DNA of 64,000 bases from the NCBI GenBank assembly GCA_963771885.1, contig CAVYVF010000022.1, forward strand, positions 288,001 to 352,000. Reading direction: 5' to 3'. Every line of letters starts with the position of its first letter. Position 1 is the first letter of the stretch. The notes beneath the pieces are model-generated. The model searched no databases. It was not told where the DNA came from and saw nothing but the letters and a program-made list of their open reading frames with translations. Made by a program: the position numbers and the translations under genes. The stretch is from Candidatus Bathyarchaeota archaeon (lineage in GTDB: Archaea; Thermoproteota; Bathyarchaeia; TCS64). This document shows, piece after piece, positions 1-11,407 of the stretch.

Positions 1-54
1 CTGGTAAACGACCACCTAACCAAGTGCTATAGGTGGAAGGAAGTGCAGCGATGA
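1..54 (+). CDS. 3' end of probable DNA-3-methyladenine glycosylase I (partial)
   Basis: Frame 1 reads LVNDHLTKCYRWKEVQR*, matching the C-terminal NDHxxxC zinc motif of Tag glycosylases. Its TGA overlaps the agmatinase ATG (ATGA). Confidence 0.6.
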   Translation: MVNDHLTKCYRWKEVQR

Positions 55-938
55 GCGTTTCCGGGCTCAAGCCCGTCCCCGAGCTCTTCTTCGAGAAGGC
101 GGGGGAGCTACGCGAGGCCGACATCATCCTCTTCGGGGCGCCTCTCGACAAGACCGCCTCCTTCCGGGGTGGGAGCAGGTTCGCCCCCGCCGCGATACGT
201 GGCGCGAGCCACTACATGGAGAGCTACAGTGTCAGGACGGGTCTCGACTGGGACGACCTGAAGCTGGTAGACGTTGGCGACATCAACGCCGGTGACGTTG
301 AGTCCGCAGTCGAGGAGATACAGGCCGTCGTGCGGGAGATAGCAGCGATGCACAAGCTCCCCGCCATGTTTGGGGGAGAACACACGATTACCCTCGGCGC
401 CCTACGTGCCCAAAACCCCGGCGCCGTCGTCGTCTTCGACGCCCACCTCGACCTCCGCGACGAGCTGTTCGAGGAGAGGCTCAGCCACGCAACGTACCTG
501 CGTAGGGCGCACGAGGAGCTTGGATTCAAGCTCGTCATCGTCGCTGCACGCGCCTTGAGCGCCGAGGAGATTGAGTATGTGAACGAGAAGGGTGTCACAG
601 TCGTGACGGCGCAGGACGTGAAGCGCTTCGGCGCCGAGCCAATCATCGAAATGATCAAGGACACGCTGGAAGGCGCCGACTCCGTATACCTGAGCGTCGA
701 CATGGACGCCGTCGACCCATCCGAGGCGCCTGCCGTGGGGAACCCGAGCCCCGAGGGGATAACGGTCACCCAGCTACTAGACCTCATCACCGGCGTAGTC
801 GATAACCGCCTCGTCGGATTCGACCTCAACGAGGTCTCTCCAAGCTACGACTCCGGCCTTACAGCTATCCAGGCCGCCTACATAGCCCTCGAAACCCTCT
901 ACCTCGCCGAGAAGACCCGATTCGTCCCCCCCTCATAG
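51..938 (+). CDS. speB: agmatinase (ureohydrolase family)
   Basis: Metal-binding motifs GGEHTIT, DAHLD and SVDMDAVDP; N-terminal SFRGGSRFAP. ATG at 51. Confidence 0.9.
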   Translation: MSVSGLKPVPELFFEKAGELREADIILFGAPLDKTASFRGGSRFAPAAIRGASHYMESYSVRTGLDWDDLKLVDVGDINAGDVESAVEEIQAVVREIAAMHKLPAMFGGEHTITLGALRAQNPGAVVVFDAHLDLRDELFEERLSHATYLRRAHEELGFKLVIVAARALSAEEIEYVNEKGVTVVTAQDVKRFGAEPIIEMIKDTLEGADSVYLSVDMDAVDPSEAPAVGNPSPEGITVTQLLDLITGVVDNRLVGFDLNEVSPSYDSGLTAIQAAYIALETLYLAEKTRFVPPS

Positions 939-970
939 CCCTTATACCCGACCAAGTCGAAGACTAGGCG

Positions 971-3539
971 ATGGCGGCTCAGGACTTCAACATCATCGAC
1001 GAGGGCGAGGAGGAGATAAGGCCGAAGGGCCGAATGGCCCCGGACAACCTCCCGACCAGTTACCTCGTCAGCGCGGGCTACGACGGCGCGGAGCAGAAGG
1101 CATACCTACGCCTCTACGAGCCGGTCAGCCAGCAGGTCTACCTCTGGTACGACAACACGAGCCACCTCCCCTACTGCATAAGCCGTGAGTCGAGCCGGGA
1201 GCTTGAGAAGAACCAGCGCCTCCTCCGCCACGAGGGCTACTTCTTCATGGAGGACGTGAAGAAACACGACCCCCTCGCGGACGAGGAGATAACCGTCACC
1301 AAGGTCGTGGCGAAGGACCCCCTCAGCATCGGCGGGGGCAGGGGTCAGCCCATCAGGAGCATCATAGGCGACAGCTGGGAGAGCCGCATCCGCTACTACC
1401 AGTGCTACATCTACGACAGGCAGCTCATCACCGGGATGCCCTACAGGGTCGAGAACGGCAACCTAGTAGACGCCGGCTACAAGCTCGACGCCGAGACGGA
1501 GGCGAAGATCGACACCATCCTCGCGAAGATCGAGCCCGAGTTCAGGGGTAACATGAAGGAGTGGACGAGGCTCCTCCAGTGCCCCGTCCCCAAGCTGCGC
1601 CGCGTCGCCGTCGACATCGAGGTGCGCCCCAGCGTCCAGAACAGGCTGCCAAACGCCGACGAGGCGCAGGAGCCCATCACCGCCGTCGGCTTCAGCGCCA
1701 GCGACGGCTTCCGCAGGATACTGGTCTTAAACGACACGGGCCACGATGTGGAGACCCCCGTCTGCCTCGGCGCAGAGGTCAAGGTCTACACCGACGAGCG
1801 CGAAATGATCCGCGAGACCTTCCAGATACTTGACGAGTACCCGGTCGTCCTCACCTTCAACGGCGACGACTTCGACTTCCGCTTCATGCGCAACAGGGCG
1901 AAGAACCTCGGCGTCCCCGACTCCGAGAACCCCATCGCCCTGGGGCGACGCTTCGCCTTCCTCCGCAACGGCGTCCACCTCGACCTCTACAAGTTCTTCA
2001 TGAACAGGAGCATACAGGGCTACGCCTTCGGCAACAAGTACAGGGAGAACACCCTCAACGAGATATCCAAGAACCTCCTCAACATGGAGAAGCTGCAAGT
2101 CGGCGACATTGCTGCGGCGAAGTATACAGGACCTCGCCCAGTACTGCCTCAACGACGCCGACCTCACCTACCAGCTCACAGCCTTCAACCACGACCTCGC
2201 TATGAACCTCATCGTCCTCCTCACCAGGATCAGCAAGATGATCATGGAGGACGTTACCCGCAACGGCGTAAGCAGGTGGATACTCGCCCTTATGGAGTGG
2301 GAGCACCGCAGGCGCGGCTGGCTCATCCCCAACACTCAGGACATACTCGATGTCAAGGGGCAGGTCAGCACAACCAGCATCATCAAGGGCAAGAAGTACC
2401 AGGGCGCCATCGTCCGCGACCCCAAACCCGGCGTCCACTTCGGCGTCGTCGTTTGCGACTTCGCTAGCCTCTACCCCAGCGCCATACGCAACTGGAACCT
2501 GAGCTACGACACCATACTCTGCAACCACCCCGAGTGCAAGGATAACCTAGTCCCCGGCACGCCCCACTGGGTCTGCAAGCGCAACCGAGGCATGGCGAGC
2601 CTCATCATCGGCAGCCTCCGCGACCTGAGGGTCCAGTGGTACAAGCCCAGGAGTAGGGACAAGGCGCTCACTGCTGAGGAGCGCCAGTACTACGACGTCG
2701 TCACGCAGGCCCTCAAGGTCTTCCTCAACGCCAGCTACGGCGTCTTCGGCGCCGAGAGCTTCCCACTCTACTGCCCGCCTCTCGCCGAGAGCACCGCCGC
2801 CGTCGGCAGATACGCCATGAATAAGGCGGTCGACCAGAGCCACAAGCTAGGTATCGAGGTCATCTACGGCGACACCGACTCCGTCTTCATGGGGCAACCT
2901 ACACCCCAGCAGCTAGAAGCCATCGTAAAGTGGGCCGACGCTGAGCTCGGCATCGACTTAGACATCGACAAGACATACCGCTACGCCATATTCAGCAGCC
3001 GCAAGAAGAACTACCTTGGCGTCTACCCCGACGGCAAGCTCGACATAAAGGGCCTCACGGGGAAGAAGCGCCATATCCCACCCATCCTAAAGGACGCCTT
3101 CGTCAAGCTCACAACGATCCTCAGCAACGTCGAGAAGCCCGAGGAGTTCCCCTTCGCCAAGGAGGAGATAAAGACCCTTGTCACAACCATCAACCATCGC
3201 CTCAAGAACCGCGAGTTCGCTATAGAGGAGGTCGCCTTCAGCATGATGCTCGGCAAGGGACTCGCAGGCTACGACACCACTCCCCAGCACGTCAAGGCGG
3301 GCAGGATGCTCGAGGAGCAGGGTTACGAGCTCAAGGAGGGGGACATAATCAGCTATGTCGTTACCAAGGACGGCGTCAAGCCCGTCCAGATCGCGGGCAA
3401 GAAGGACGTAGATATAGGCAAGATGGAGGAGTACCTCGAGGGCACCTTCGAGCAGGTGCTCGACGCCCTCGACATGAGCTTCGACGAGCTCGTCGGGCGC
3501 CCACGCCAGACGGGGCTCGGCGCATTCTTCACGCGCTAG
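971..3539 (+). CDS. polB: family B DNA polymerase (PolB1 type), frameshifted near 2125
   Basis: Exo I DIEV, Exo II FNGDDFD, Exo III YCLND; polymerase motifs DFASLYPS, KVFLNASYG and YGDTDS; C-terminal PIP box QTGLGAFF. The two ORFs join if one base is removed near AAGTATACAGGACCTC. Confidence 0.95.
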
Positions 3540-4069
3540 AGGCCATCTAGAAGACGGCGGGCTTTCTCCATCTCGTCGGGCTTTCCCGCGACCTCACCCC
3601 TCTCATTCGCCGTGGCAAGGACCTCACCGCTATAGACGAGGCCGAGGTACTTGTAGCTCAGCTTCAGACTGTCAACAAGCGGGGCACAGGCGCTGGGCCC
3701 CTCCTCGCTGGGGGCGATGAGGTACGCCTTCTTGCCCTCGAGCTTCCTGTTGGCGACGTAGGGGCGTAGGCGGTCTATGAGGAGCTTCATCTTGGCCGTG
3801 GGGCCGTACCAGTAGATGGGCGTCGCGAGGATGAGGGCGTCGGCGGCGTCTATCTCCGCGTATATCTTCGGCATGTCGTCCTTGAGGACGCACTTCAGCT
3901 CTCCCTTCTTGCATGCGCGGCAGTCGACGCAGGGCTCAATCCGATAGTCGTATAGGCGCAGCTTCCTCCCCGCGTGGCCGTGCCTCTCAGCCTCGGCGAG
4001 TGCGGCGTCGACGAGTATCTCCGTGTTGCCGCCCTTTCGGGGGCTGCCGTTAAGAGCGAGTACCTTCAT
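3536..4069 (-). CDS. iron-sulfur flavoprotein / flavodoxin-fold FMN reductase
   Basis: GSPRKGGNT FMN loop, CVDCRACKKGELKC compact Cys motif, TPIYW. Confidence 0.85.
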   Translation of the reverse strand: MKVLALNGSPRKGGNTEILVDAALAEAERHGHAGRKLRLYDYRIEPCVDCRACKKGELKCVLKDDMPKIYAEIDAADALILATPIYWYGPTAKMKLLIDRLRPYVANRKLEGKKAYLIAPSEEGPSACAPLVDSLKLSYKYLGLVYSGEVLATANERGEVAGKPDEMEKARRLLDGL

Positions 4070-4109
4070 TGGCAGAGACTCGCCGCGGGTGCCTTTATCA
4101 CTATCCTCC

Positions 4110-4430
4110 TCAATCGTCGTCCATGATGAGTGCGCCCTGGCTGCCCTGCTCGGCGTCCTCGGTATCCAGCACCTCTTACGGCAGCGCGTCGATGTCTGGT
4201 GTGTCCTTGCTTATCTCCCCGTACTTCGTCTTGTTGGCGATTATCGCGTACCAAGGCGCGGCGGCGTCGGCGGCCATCCCGATGACGGTGTCCCTAATGA
4301 ACTCTAGCACGCCCTTGCACCTGCCCGTGTACCCCCCGATGCAGCTCGTAGCCTATCATGTAGCTGGTGAAGATCGACCTCCAGACGAGCCCTTTGAAGG
4401 CGCCGCTCAGGTAGGGTAGGAAGCCCCGCG
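4110..4430 (-). pseudogene. gene remnant of unknown family
   Basis: Codon-biased reading ...GFLPYLSGAFKGLVWRSIFTSYMIGY/CIGGYTGRCKGVLEFIRD...DALP*EVLDTEDAEQGSQGALIMDDD*, with one frameshift, an internal TAA (4176-4178) and no start codon. Confidence 0.35.
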
Positions 4431-4483
4431 CGCGGATGGGAGAAGACTATAATATCGGAGCCGCGGCATCGTATTCGGTCAAT

Positions 4484-5791
4484 ATGACCGGTTTCGTAGA
4501 CATAGCCGAGATAATCGGTGGAAAGCACGACGGAGAAGACGTCAAGATACGCGGCTGGCTCTACAACAGCAGGAGCAGCGGCAGCATAGTCTTCCTCCAG
4601 ATACGCGACGGCACAGGTGTACTTCAGTGCACCGTCAACAAGAAAAACGTCGACGAAGCCACCTTCAATAACCTCGAGAAGCTCCCCCAGGAGTCTACAC
4701 TTGAGCTTAAGGGGAAGGTCCGCGCGGACCAGAGAGCCCCAGGTGGCTACGAGCTCTCCGCCAATAATCTGGGCACAGTCTACGAGGCGCAGCCAGATTA
4801 CCCTATAACGCTGAAGGACCACGGCCTCGAGTTCCTCCTAGACAACAGGCACCTCAGCATCAGGGACCCGCGGCTCCAGATGGTATTCAAGATCAAGGCC
4901 CAGTTCATGAGGAGCGCCCGCGAGTGGTTCTGGGAGAACGGCTACACTGAGACCCAGAGCCCCAGCTTCACCAGCGCCGCATGCGAGGGTGGCTCAACAC
5001 TCTTTGAGGTCAAGTACTTCGACAAGAAGAATGTCTACCTGAGCCAGAGCTGGCAGCTCTACGCCGAGGCTATGATAAGCAGCCTTGGAAAGATATTCAC
5101 CATCGCCCCCAGCTTCAGGGCCGAGCCCAGCAGGACCCGCCGCCACGTGACCGAGTTCTGGCACATGGAGGTCGAGGAGCCCTGGACGACCCACGACGGC
5201 ATCATGAAGACGGGGGACGCCCTGGTCTCGTACATCGCCAACGATCTAGCGACGAAGATGCCGAAGGAGGTTCAGGCGTGCGGCAGGGACCCAAAGGAGC
5301 TTCTCAGGGTACAGCCGCCTTTCCCGAGGATCAAGTACGACGAGGCGGTCGAGATACTGCAGAAGGAGGGTGTGGAGATGAACTGGGGGGACGACTTCGG
5401 CTGGCAGCAGGAGGCGCCGCTCACGAAGCACTTCGACCTGCCCTTCTGGGTGACGGGCTTCCCCACGGGGATAAAGCCCTTCTACCACATGCCCGACCCG
5501 GCGAGGCCGGACACGACGATGTCGGGCGACCTGCTCGCCCCCGAGGGCTACGGCGAGATCATCGGAGGCGGCCAGCGCGTCCACGACTACCAGCAGCTCC
5601 TCCAGCGCGTCATCGACGACAACCTCAACCCCGAGGATTACAAGTGGTACATGGAGCTGCGCAAGTGGGGTACGGTGCCGCACAGCGGCTTCGGCCTAGG
5701 GATAGAGCGCGTCCTCTGCTGGATGCTCAAGCTGGAGCACATCAGGGACACGATACCCTTCCCCCGCGACATGCGCAGGGTCTACCCGTAA
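4484..5791 (+). CDS. asnS: asparagine--tRNA ligase
   Basis: OB-fold N-terminus; YLSQSWQLY; motif 2 FRAEPSRTRRHVTEF; motif 3 PHSGFGLGIER. Resembles archaeal AsnRS. Confidence 0.9.
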   Translation: MTGFVDIAEIIGGKHDGEDVKIRGWLYNSRSSGSIVFLQIRDGTGVLQCTVNKKNVDEATFNNLEKLPQESTLELKGKVRADQRAPGGYELSANNLGTVYEAQPDYPITLKDHGLEFLLDNRHLSIRDPRLQMVFKIKAQFMRSAREWFWENGYTETQSPSFTSAACEGGSTLFEVKYFDKKNVYLSQSWQLYAEAMISSLGKIFTIAPSFRAEPSRTRRHVTEFWHMEVEEPWTTHDGIMKTGDALVSYIANDLATKMPKEVQACGRDPKELLRVQPPFPRIKYDEAVEILQKEGVEMNWGDDFGWQQEAPLTKHFDLPFWVTGFPTGIKPFYHMPDPARPDTTMSGDLLAPEGYGEIIGGGQRVHDYQQLLQRVIDDNLNPEDYKWYMELRKWGTVPHSGFGLGIERVLCWMLKLEHIRDTIPFPRDMRRVYP

Positions 5792-5805
5792 AAAGGAGAG
5801 CTTTC

Positions 5806-6214
5806 TTACTTTTTCAGGGAGGCGACGTATTCGTCGACCTTCCTATCGATCTGGTTTAGGATAATCTCCTTCGACTTGAAGGTGGCTGAAGCGATGGGCT
5901 TCTTGCCTACGAGCTTCTCCATGCCCCCGAGTGTGCCTGCGGGCCACAGGCTGTATGTGGCGTATACGGCGTAGCGGGGGAGCTTCGCCCCGTACTGTTT
6001 GAGGTATCCCTGAATGGGTTGGCTTGTCTGGAAGCCGTTTACGGGGGTTCCCACAACGACGAGGTCGTAGCCGGAGGGATCGATGTTCGGCTGTCACCGC
6101 TCCCTGCTCGTTAACCTCGCAGATGTCGCCGCCCATCCTCTTGGCAATCCCCTCGGCGACAGCCTTCGTGTTTCCACCCTTCGAATAAAAAACTACTAAA
6201 CATTTTCCACTCAT
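5806..6214 (-). CDS. flavodoxin-like protein, frameshifted near 6088
   Basis: YSKGGNT loop in one frame continues as IDPSGYDLVVVGTPV in the next frame after one base is removed. Confidence 0.75.
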
Positions 6215-6308
6215 TGTCATCGTATCACCTCTCTCGGGCTCCCATTCATACCTTTCGAATCACGGCGAAAGGCGTTAAACGCTGTTGTGGGAGTATGTAG
6301 CGATACAT

Positions 6309-7622
6309 ATGCCCGAGTTCAAGGGCTGGATGCCCGACAAGAGCCTAGAGTACCTCGAAGGGATCGAGGAGGAGTACACGTGCAGGGAGCCCCGCGCAAT
6401 CGCGGCTCGTGTCAAGGCGATCGCCGAGGAGCACGACGACTGGAGGAGGAACAAGTGTCTAAACCTGAACCCGTCGGAGAACGCGATAAGTCCCGGGGCG
6501 AGGCGGCTGCTGGATACGGATCTAGCCACCCGCGTCACGGAGGGCTTCGTGGGGGACAAGGAGTACCCCCCGGCGCCGATGAACAGGTACATCGACGAGA
6601 TTGAGGGTATAATCATCCACCACGTCAGGAAGATGTTCCGCTGCGACTACGTCGAGTGGCGCACAATGAGCAGCAGCATGGCGAACTCGCTCGTCTACTT
6701 CGCCCTCTCCAAGGCGGGGGACACTATAATGTCACAGAGCAACAAGGGCGGGGGGAACGACAGCTACCGCCCCAACGGCCCGCCGCTCCTCAGGGGACTC
6801 AAGGTCGCTGATCTCCCCGACGCCCCCCTCTTCGACGTCGACTACGACGCGCTGGATAAGAGCATCAAGAAGGTGAAGCCGGCGTGGCTCGTCGTCGGCG
6901 GCGGCCGCATACTCTTCCCCTACGACCTGAAGAGGCTCAGGGAGGCGGCGGACACAGTCGGGGCGCATATCCTCTACGACGCGGCGCACGTCGGCCCACT
7001 CATCGCCTTCGGGCTCTTCCAGGACCCCCTCGCCGAGGGGGCGGACGTGATGACTCTCGGCACACACAAGCTCATGGGCGGCCCAATCGGTGGTCTCGTC
7101 CTCACAAACAATGAGGAGATGGCGAAGAAGATGCTCGCACTCACCCACCCCGCCTTCATACAGACGCGGGACCAGAACAAGTACGCCGCCGCGGCGTGGA
7201 GCCTGAGCGAACTCGCCCACTTCGGCCCAGCCTACGCGAAACAGATACAGGCGAACTCACGAGCCCTCGCTGGGGCGCTCGACGAACGCGGCTTCAAGGT
7301 AGTCGGTAGAGAAAAGGGCTATTCGAAGACCCATCAGGTCATCGTCAACGTCCGCGAACTCGGACCCCGCGCCATCGAGGCCAGGTTCAACGAGTCCAAC
7401 ATCCTCCTCCCCACCACGGTGCTCTGGGATGATCCGCCGAACGGCAGGGGCGGTCTCAGGATTTCCGTGCAGGAAATCACACGCCAGGGCATGAATGAGA
7501 CGGAGATGAGCGGCGTCGCCGACCTCATAAAACGCTCCGCCGACGGCGAAGCGCCAGATAAGATGAGGGGTGAGGTCGAGAAGTTCGTCGCCCCATTCAA
7601 GAAGATCAGGTATTGCTTTTAG
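6309..7622 (+). CDS. serine hydroxymethyltransferase-like PLP enzyme (divergent)
   Basis: LNPSEN, EG, DAAH, THKLMGGPIGG (PLP lysine) and GLRIS motifs align with SHMT, but several SHMT-specific residues are altered. Confidence 0.8.
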   Translation: MPEFKGWMPDKSLEYLEGIEEEYTCREPRAIAARVKAIAEEHDDWRRNKCLNLNPSENAISPGARRLLDTDLATRVTEGFVGDKEYPPAPMNRYIDEIEGIIIHHVRKMFRCDYVEWRTMSSSMANSLVYFALSKAGDTIMSQSNKGGGNDSYRPNGPPLLRGLKVADLPDAPLFDVDYDALDKSIKKVKPAWLVVGGGRILFPYDLKRLREAADTVGAHILYDAAHVGPLIAFGLFQDPLAEGADVMTLGTHKLMGGPIGGLVLTNNEEMAKKMLALTHPAFIQTRDQNKYAAAAWSLSELAHFGPAYAKQIQANSRALAGALDERGFKVVGREKGYSKTHQVIVNVRELGPRAIEARFNESNILLPTTVLWDDPPNGRGGLRISVQEITRQGMNETEMSGVADLIKRSADGEAPDKMRGEVEKFVAPFKKIRYCF

Positions 7623-8854
7623 GGCTCCTTACACCAGCTTTTACCAAGGCGCAGTCCATGAGGACATTGGCGCCACGTTCGAGGTCCGCCGCCTCGGTCT
7701 TTTCGCCTGGGCTGTGGCTGACGCCGTTTATTGAGGGGACGAATACCATGGCGGTTGGGCAAACGACGTGCATGAACTGGGCGTCGTGCCCCGCACCGCT
7801 GGGGAGCCTCTGTGTTGTATAGGCGCGTTTGTGGGCGGATGCCTCGACTAGGGCGACCATCTCGCGTCTGAAGTGGACGGGCTGGAAGTCTGCTGTCCTC
7901 TCCTTCTCGTATGTGAGGCCGCGGCGCTTCGCGGCTGCGTCGAGCCTCGACTCCACTTCGGCCTTGCCCTCGTTGAATGTGGCGTCGTCGTAGCTGCGGT
8001 AGTCGAAGGTGAAGTCAGCGAGGCTGGGGACGACATTTATTGCGCCGGGCTCTAGGCGGAGTTTGCCGATTGTGCAGACGGCGTTGCCCTTCGAAGCGAC
8101 GTAGCTCGAGCATACCGGAGTACAGATCGGCTGCGGCCGCCATCGGGTCTTTCCTCATGTCTAGCGGAGTCGTGCCTGCGTGGTTTGCCTGCCCATGTAT
8201 GGCGACTCTCCACCAAGCGATACCCTGCACACCCTCAACGACGCCTATCTCGACGCCCTTCTTGTGGAGCACTGGGCCCTGCTCGACGTGAAGCTCGAAG
8301 TATGCCTCGGGGTCGATCTTGCCCTTACCTAGGTAGCCAATGTTCTTGAGGGCGTCCTTTACTGTGACGCCGTCGTCGTCCTTGCGCTCGTACGCCTTCT
8401 CGAGGGGGTATCCTCCGCATCTGACGAGGCTACCCATCATGTCGGGCTGGAACCGGACGCCCTCCTCGTTTGTAAAAGCGGCGACACCGAGTGGGTGGCG
8501 CGTCTCTATGCCCTCCTCGTTGAGGCGCCGGACTACCTCTAATGCTCCAAGGACGCCGTATGCACCGTCATAGATGCCGGCGTCGATGACCGTATCGATG
8601 TGTGAGCCCATTAGGACGGGCTTCAATGTGGGGCTCGTGCCCTCGCGGACGCCGAAGATGTTGCCTATCGGATCGACTATGACGGTGAGGTCCTCCTCCT
8701 CCATCCATTGAACGAGAAGGTCGCGTGCCTTTCCATCCTCCTCACTCAGCGCTAGTCGGGTTACGCCCTTGTATCCATCGCGCATGCCTATCTTACCCAG
8801 ATCGTTGAGGCTCCTGAGAAGCCTCACAGTGTCGATTCGCAGCTCCTCGTCCAT
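7606..8854 (-). CDS. M20 Zn-dependent N-carbamoyl-amino-acid amidohydrolase (allantoate/beta-ureidopropionase-like), frameshifted near 8108
   Basis: GSHIDT, GIYDG, NEEG, ELHVEQG, NHAGTTP, SGAGHDA and SHSPGE motifs. Confidence 0.88.
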
Positions 8855-8938
8855 GCCACTCACACCGAATATTGTGCGCATCCCGGATAAAAACTGGGCA
8901 GCGACAAAATATTACATACTGAGAGCTAACTTCTCTCC

Positions 8939-10280
8939 ATGAACAAGCAGGAGACCGAAGTATTCCAGGCAATAGACGGCGGCAGGGACCGCATGGTCAA
9001 GTTCCTCCAGAAGATTCTCAGGATAGACACGCAGGTACCCCCGGGGCACGACTACGATAAGGTATGCGACATAGTCAGGGAGCGCTACGACGCCCTCGGA
9101 TACGCGACGTCGCTCCACGAGGCGACAGAGAAGTACATGAAGCTGAGCGGCGCGAAGCACATCGGCCTCGAAGGCCCCCGCACAAACATGGTCGCCCGCT
9201 TAAAGGGTACGGGAGGCGGACCCACACTACACATCAGCGCCCACACCGACCTCGCCGCGATACAGAAGCAGGGCTGGACAGTCGACCCCCTCGGCGGCGA
9301 GGTAACGAAGACGAGCAAGTACGGCAAGAGCGCCTACGACGTGGGCGGCGGCTACATCTGGGGCAGAGGCGTCGGCGACGACAAGGGTGAGACAGCGGCG
9401 CTACTCCTCGCCATGGAGGCGATCAAGGAGGCAGGAGTCAAACTCAAGGGAGACCTCATCGTGACCGCGAACTGCGACGAGGAGATAGGCGGTGTCGCGG
9501 GGCTCGGCTACCTCATCCGCGAGGGTATCGTGAAGGCTGACCTCGGCATACAGCTCGACGGCTCGATGACGGGCATCGGCCTCAGCGCTATGGGGCGCAC
9601 AAGGTTCCTCATCCGCACCAAGGGCAAGAGCTACCACGGCCAGGTCCCCATCCTCGGCATAAACGCCATTGAGAAGATGAGCAAACTCAACGTCGCACTC
9701 AACGACTACTGGCGCAACTCCCTCCTACAGACGCAAGTATCCGACACCCGGCATCGACTTCGGCGAAGGACTACGATCTAAGGGTATAGAGTGCCCAACG
9801 GGAATGCTCAACATCGGCACTATCCGCGGTGGCGTCCAGGGAGCCACAGTCCCCGACCTCTGCGAGGAGGAGGTTCTCCGCGGCATGATACCCGGAGAGA
9901 CATACGAGGGCACCCTCGCCGAATTCAGGGCAGTACTCGACGGAGTAAAAGCCACCGACGCAGACCTCAAGTACGAGTTAGAGACCATCAACTTCCGCGA
10001 GGGCTACGTCGTCCCCGCCACCGACCCCTATGCACTCGAGTGCCAGGCACTCATACAGGAGGCGGTCGGCAAGAAGCTCCCATTCACCGGCACCCTAGCA
10101 AGCACAGACATGAACTACCAGGTCGTTGACGGCCAAATGCCGTGCGTCAACTTCGGCGTAGGAGGCCCCTACAGCAACGGACACGGACAGGACGAGAACG
10201 CCAGCATAGACGAGATAATCGCCTGCGCCAAGGCCGTATCCCTCATCACCATGCGCAAACTCGGCACAATAAAGAAGTAA
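8939..10280 (+). CDS. M20 ArgE/DapE-family metallopeptidase/deacylase, frameshifted near 9731
   Basis: HTD, WGRGVGDDKG, DEE and C-terminal HGQDE metal ligands. Colinear with the intact paralog at 12933-14258. Confidence 0.88.
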
Positions 10281-10413
10281 AGGAGGGGTCAAAAAAACCT
10301 AGAAAAAGCCCTTATCACCCAAAAGAAGCTCGAAATGGATCCCGATCGAGATCATTAATGTATCTTTGACCAATACACGAACTGAAAAGTGGCTAAAAAT
10401 GCCAAAAATAACT

Positions 10414-10998
10414 CTACTCTACTAACTTGTCCTCTTTCCTCGTGTACATCCACCAGGCGAGGAACATCTGCCAGACCGCCATGTATGTGACGCTGAGCGC
10501 CTCTGGTATCGCGACGGCACCCCAGGGGAGTAGCCAAATCACTGCCGCCAGCACAGCCGTTCCCCAGGCGAGGAGTGTATAGAACCTCATCTTCTTCCTG
10601 TAGCAGAAGTACCCGATGAAAAGCGCCGAGAGCGGAAGCGTCACGAAGAAGCCTACGCTCACGTAAAAGTGATAGGGCTCGACGTTTATGTTGGCGAGAC
10701 CGATGCCGAGGAGCAGAAACGATGCGGCGAGGTGGAGCCCACCGCCGATCTGCCCCATGATATCTCCCTTCGTCATCTCCAGCAGCCCTGCACTGAACAT
10801 CATCATCAGCGCAGCCGTCATCGCGAGCCCCCCGTTGAAGATGATCGACTCAACCCCCTCGGCGCCGAGGTCGCTCAGCGCGTTATTCGTCCAGCTGAAC
10901 CAAGGTGCCAGCCAGATGCTCGAGGCGATGATAAGCAAACCGAAGAGTGGCGCCGCGATCCCGAAGAAGCCGGTGAGGCGAAGGATCTTAAGATTCAT
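10414..10998 (-). CDS. DUF998-like membrane protein
   Basis: PWFSWTNNALSDLG motif and about 6 hydrophobic segments. Confidence 0.7.
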   Translation of the reverse strand: MNLKILRLTGFFGIAAPLFGLLIIASSIWLAPWFSWTNNALSDLGAEGVESIIFNGGLAMTAALMMMFSAGLLEMTKGDIMGQIGGGLHLAASFLLLGIGLANINVEPYHFYVSVGFFVTLPLSALFIGYFCYRKKMRFYTLLAWGTAVLAAVIWLLPWGAVAIPEALSVTYMAVWQMFLAWWMYTRKEDKLVE

Positions 10999-11057
10999 CA
11001 ACGAACAGGATACCCGCCAAATGTTAAAGCATATCGCCGGGGAAAGCCCACGGGCAT

Positions 11058-11286
11058 TCAGCCTGGACCAGTGACGGTCACGTTGCTGAAGTCGATACCC
11101 GCAATCGTCGAGTTCAGATCGTGGGCGGCCGCCATCAGCTCCTACGGAACGTAGACGTAGTTCGGGTCACGGAACTTCAACGCGGTGGCCCACACCCTGT
11201 CGAGCGTCTGGACGGTTTCAGCCGTCACCTTCTCAATGACTTGTAACACGTTCTCTGTGTGTATCTGGTGCCTACATAGCCCACCT
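11058..11286 (-). pseudogene. 3' gene remnant with internal TAG
   Basis: Reads ...HTENVLQVIEKVTAETVQTLDRVWATALKFRDPNYVYVP*ELMAAAHDLNSTIAGIDFSNVTVTGPG*. Host-like codon usage, internal TAG at 11142-11144, no start codon. Confidence 0.35.
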
Positions 11287-11407
11287 AATTAACGCCACGA
11301 GCCTAGTCCGATTCAAGGGTTAGGTCAAAGGGCCTCCGAGTTTCCACACCTTACTCACGCGCGCCCTTCTCTAACCCTATTATACTCCCCCAGCGGAAAC
11401 TAAAATC

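Noticed and set aside
971..3539. Naturally split PolB, intein or programmed frameshift
   Set aside because: A single extra base just before Exo III restores a normal-length enzyme. There are no intein motifs, and the same defect pattern recurs across the window.
4484..5791. Non-discriminating aspartyl-tRNA synthetase
   Set aside because: The motifs (LSQS.QLY.EA, SFRAE.SRTRRH.TEFW, EIIGG.QR) fit AsnRS better.
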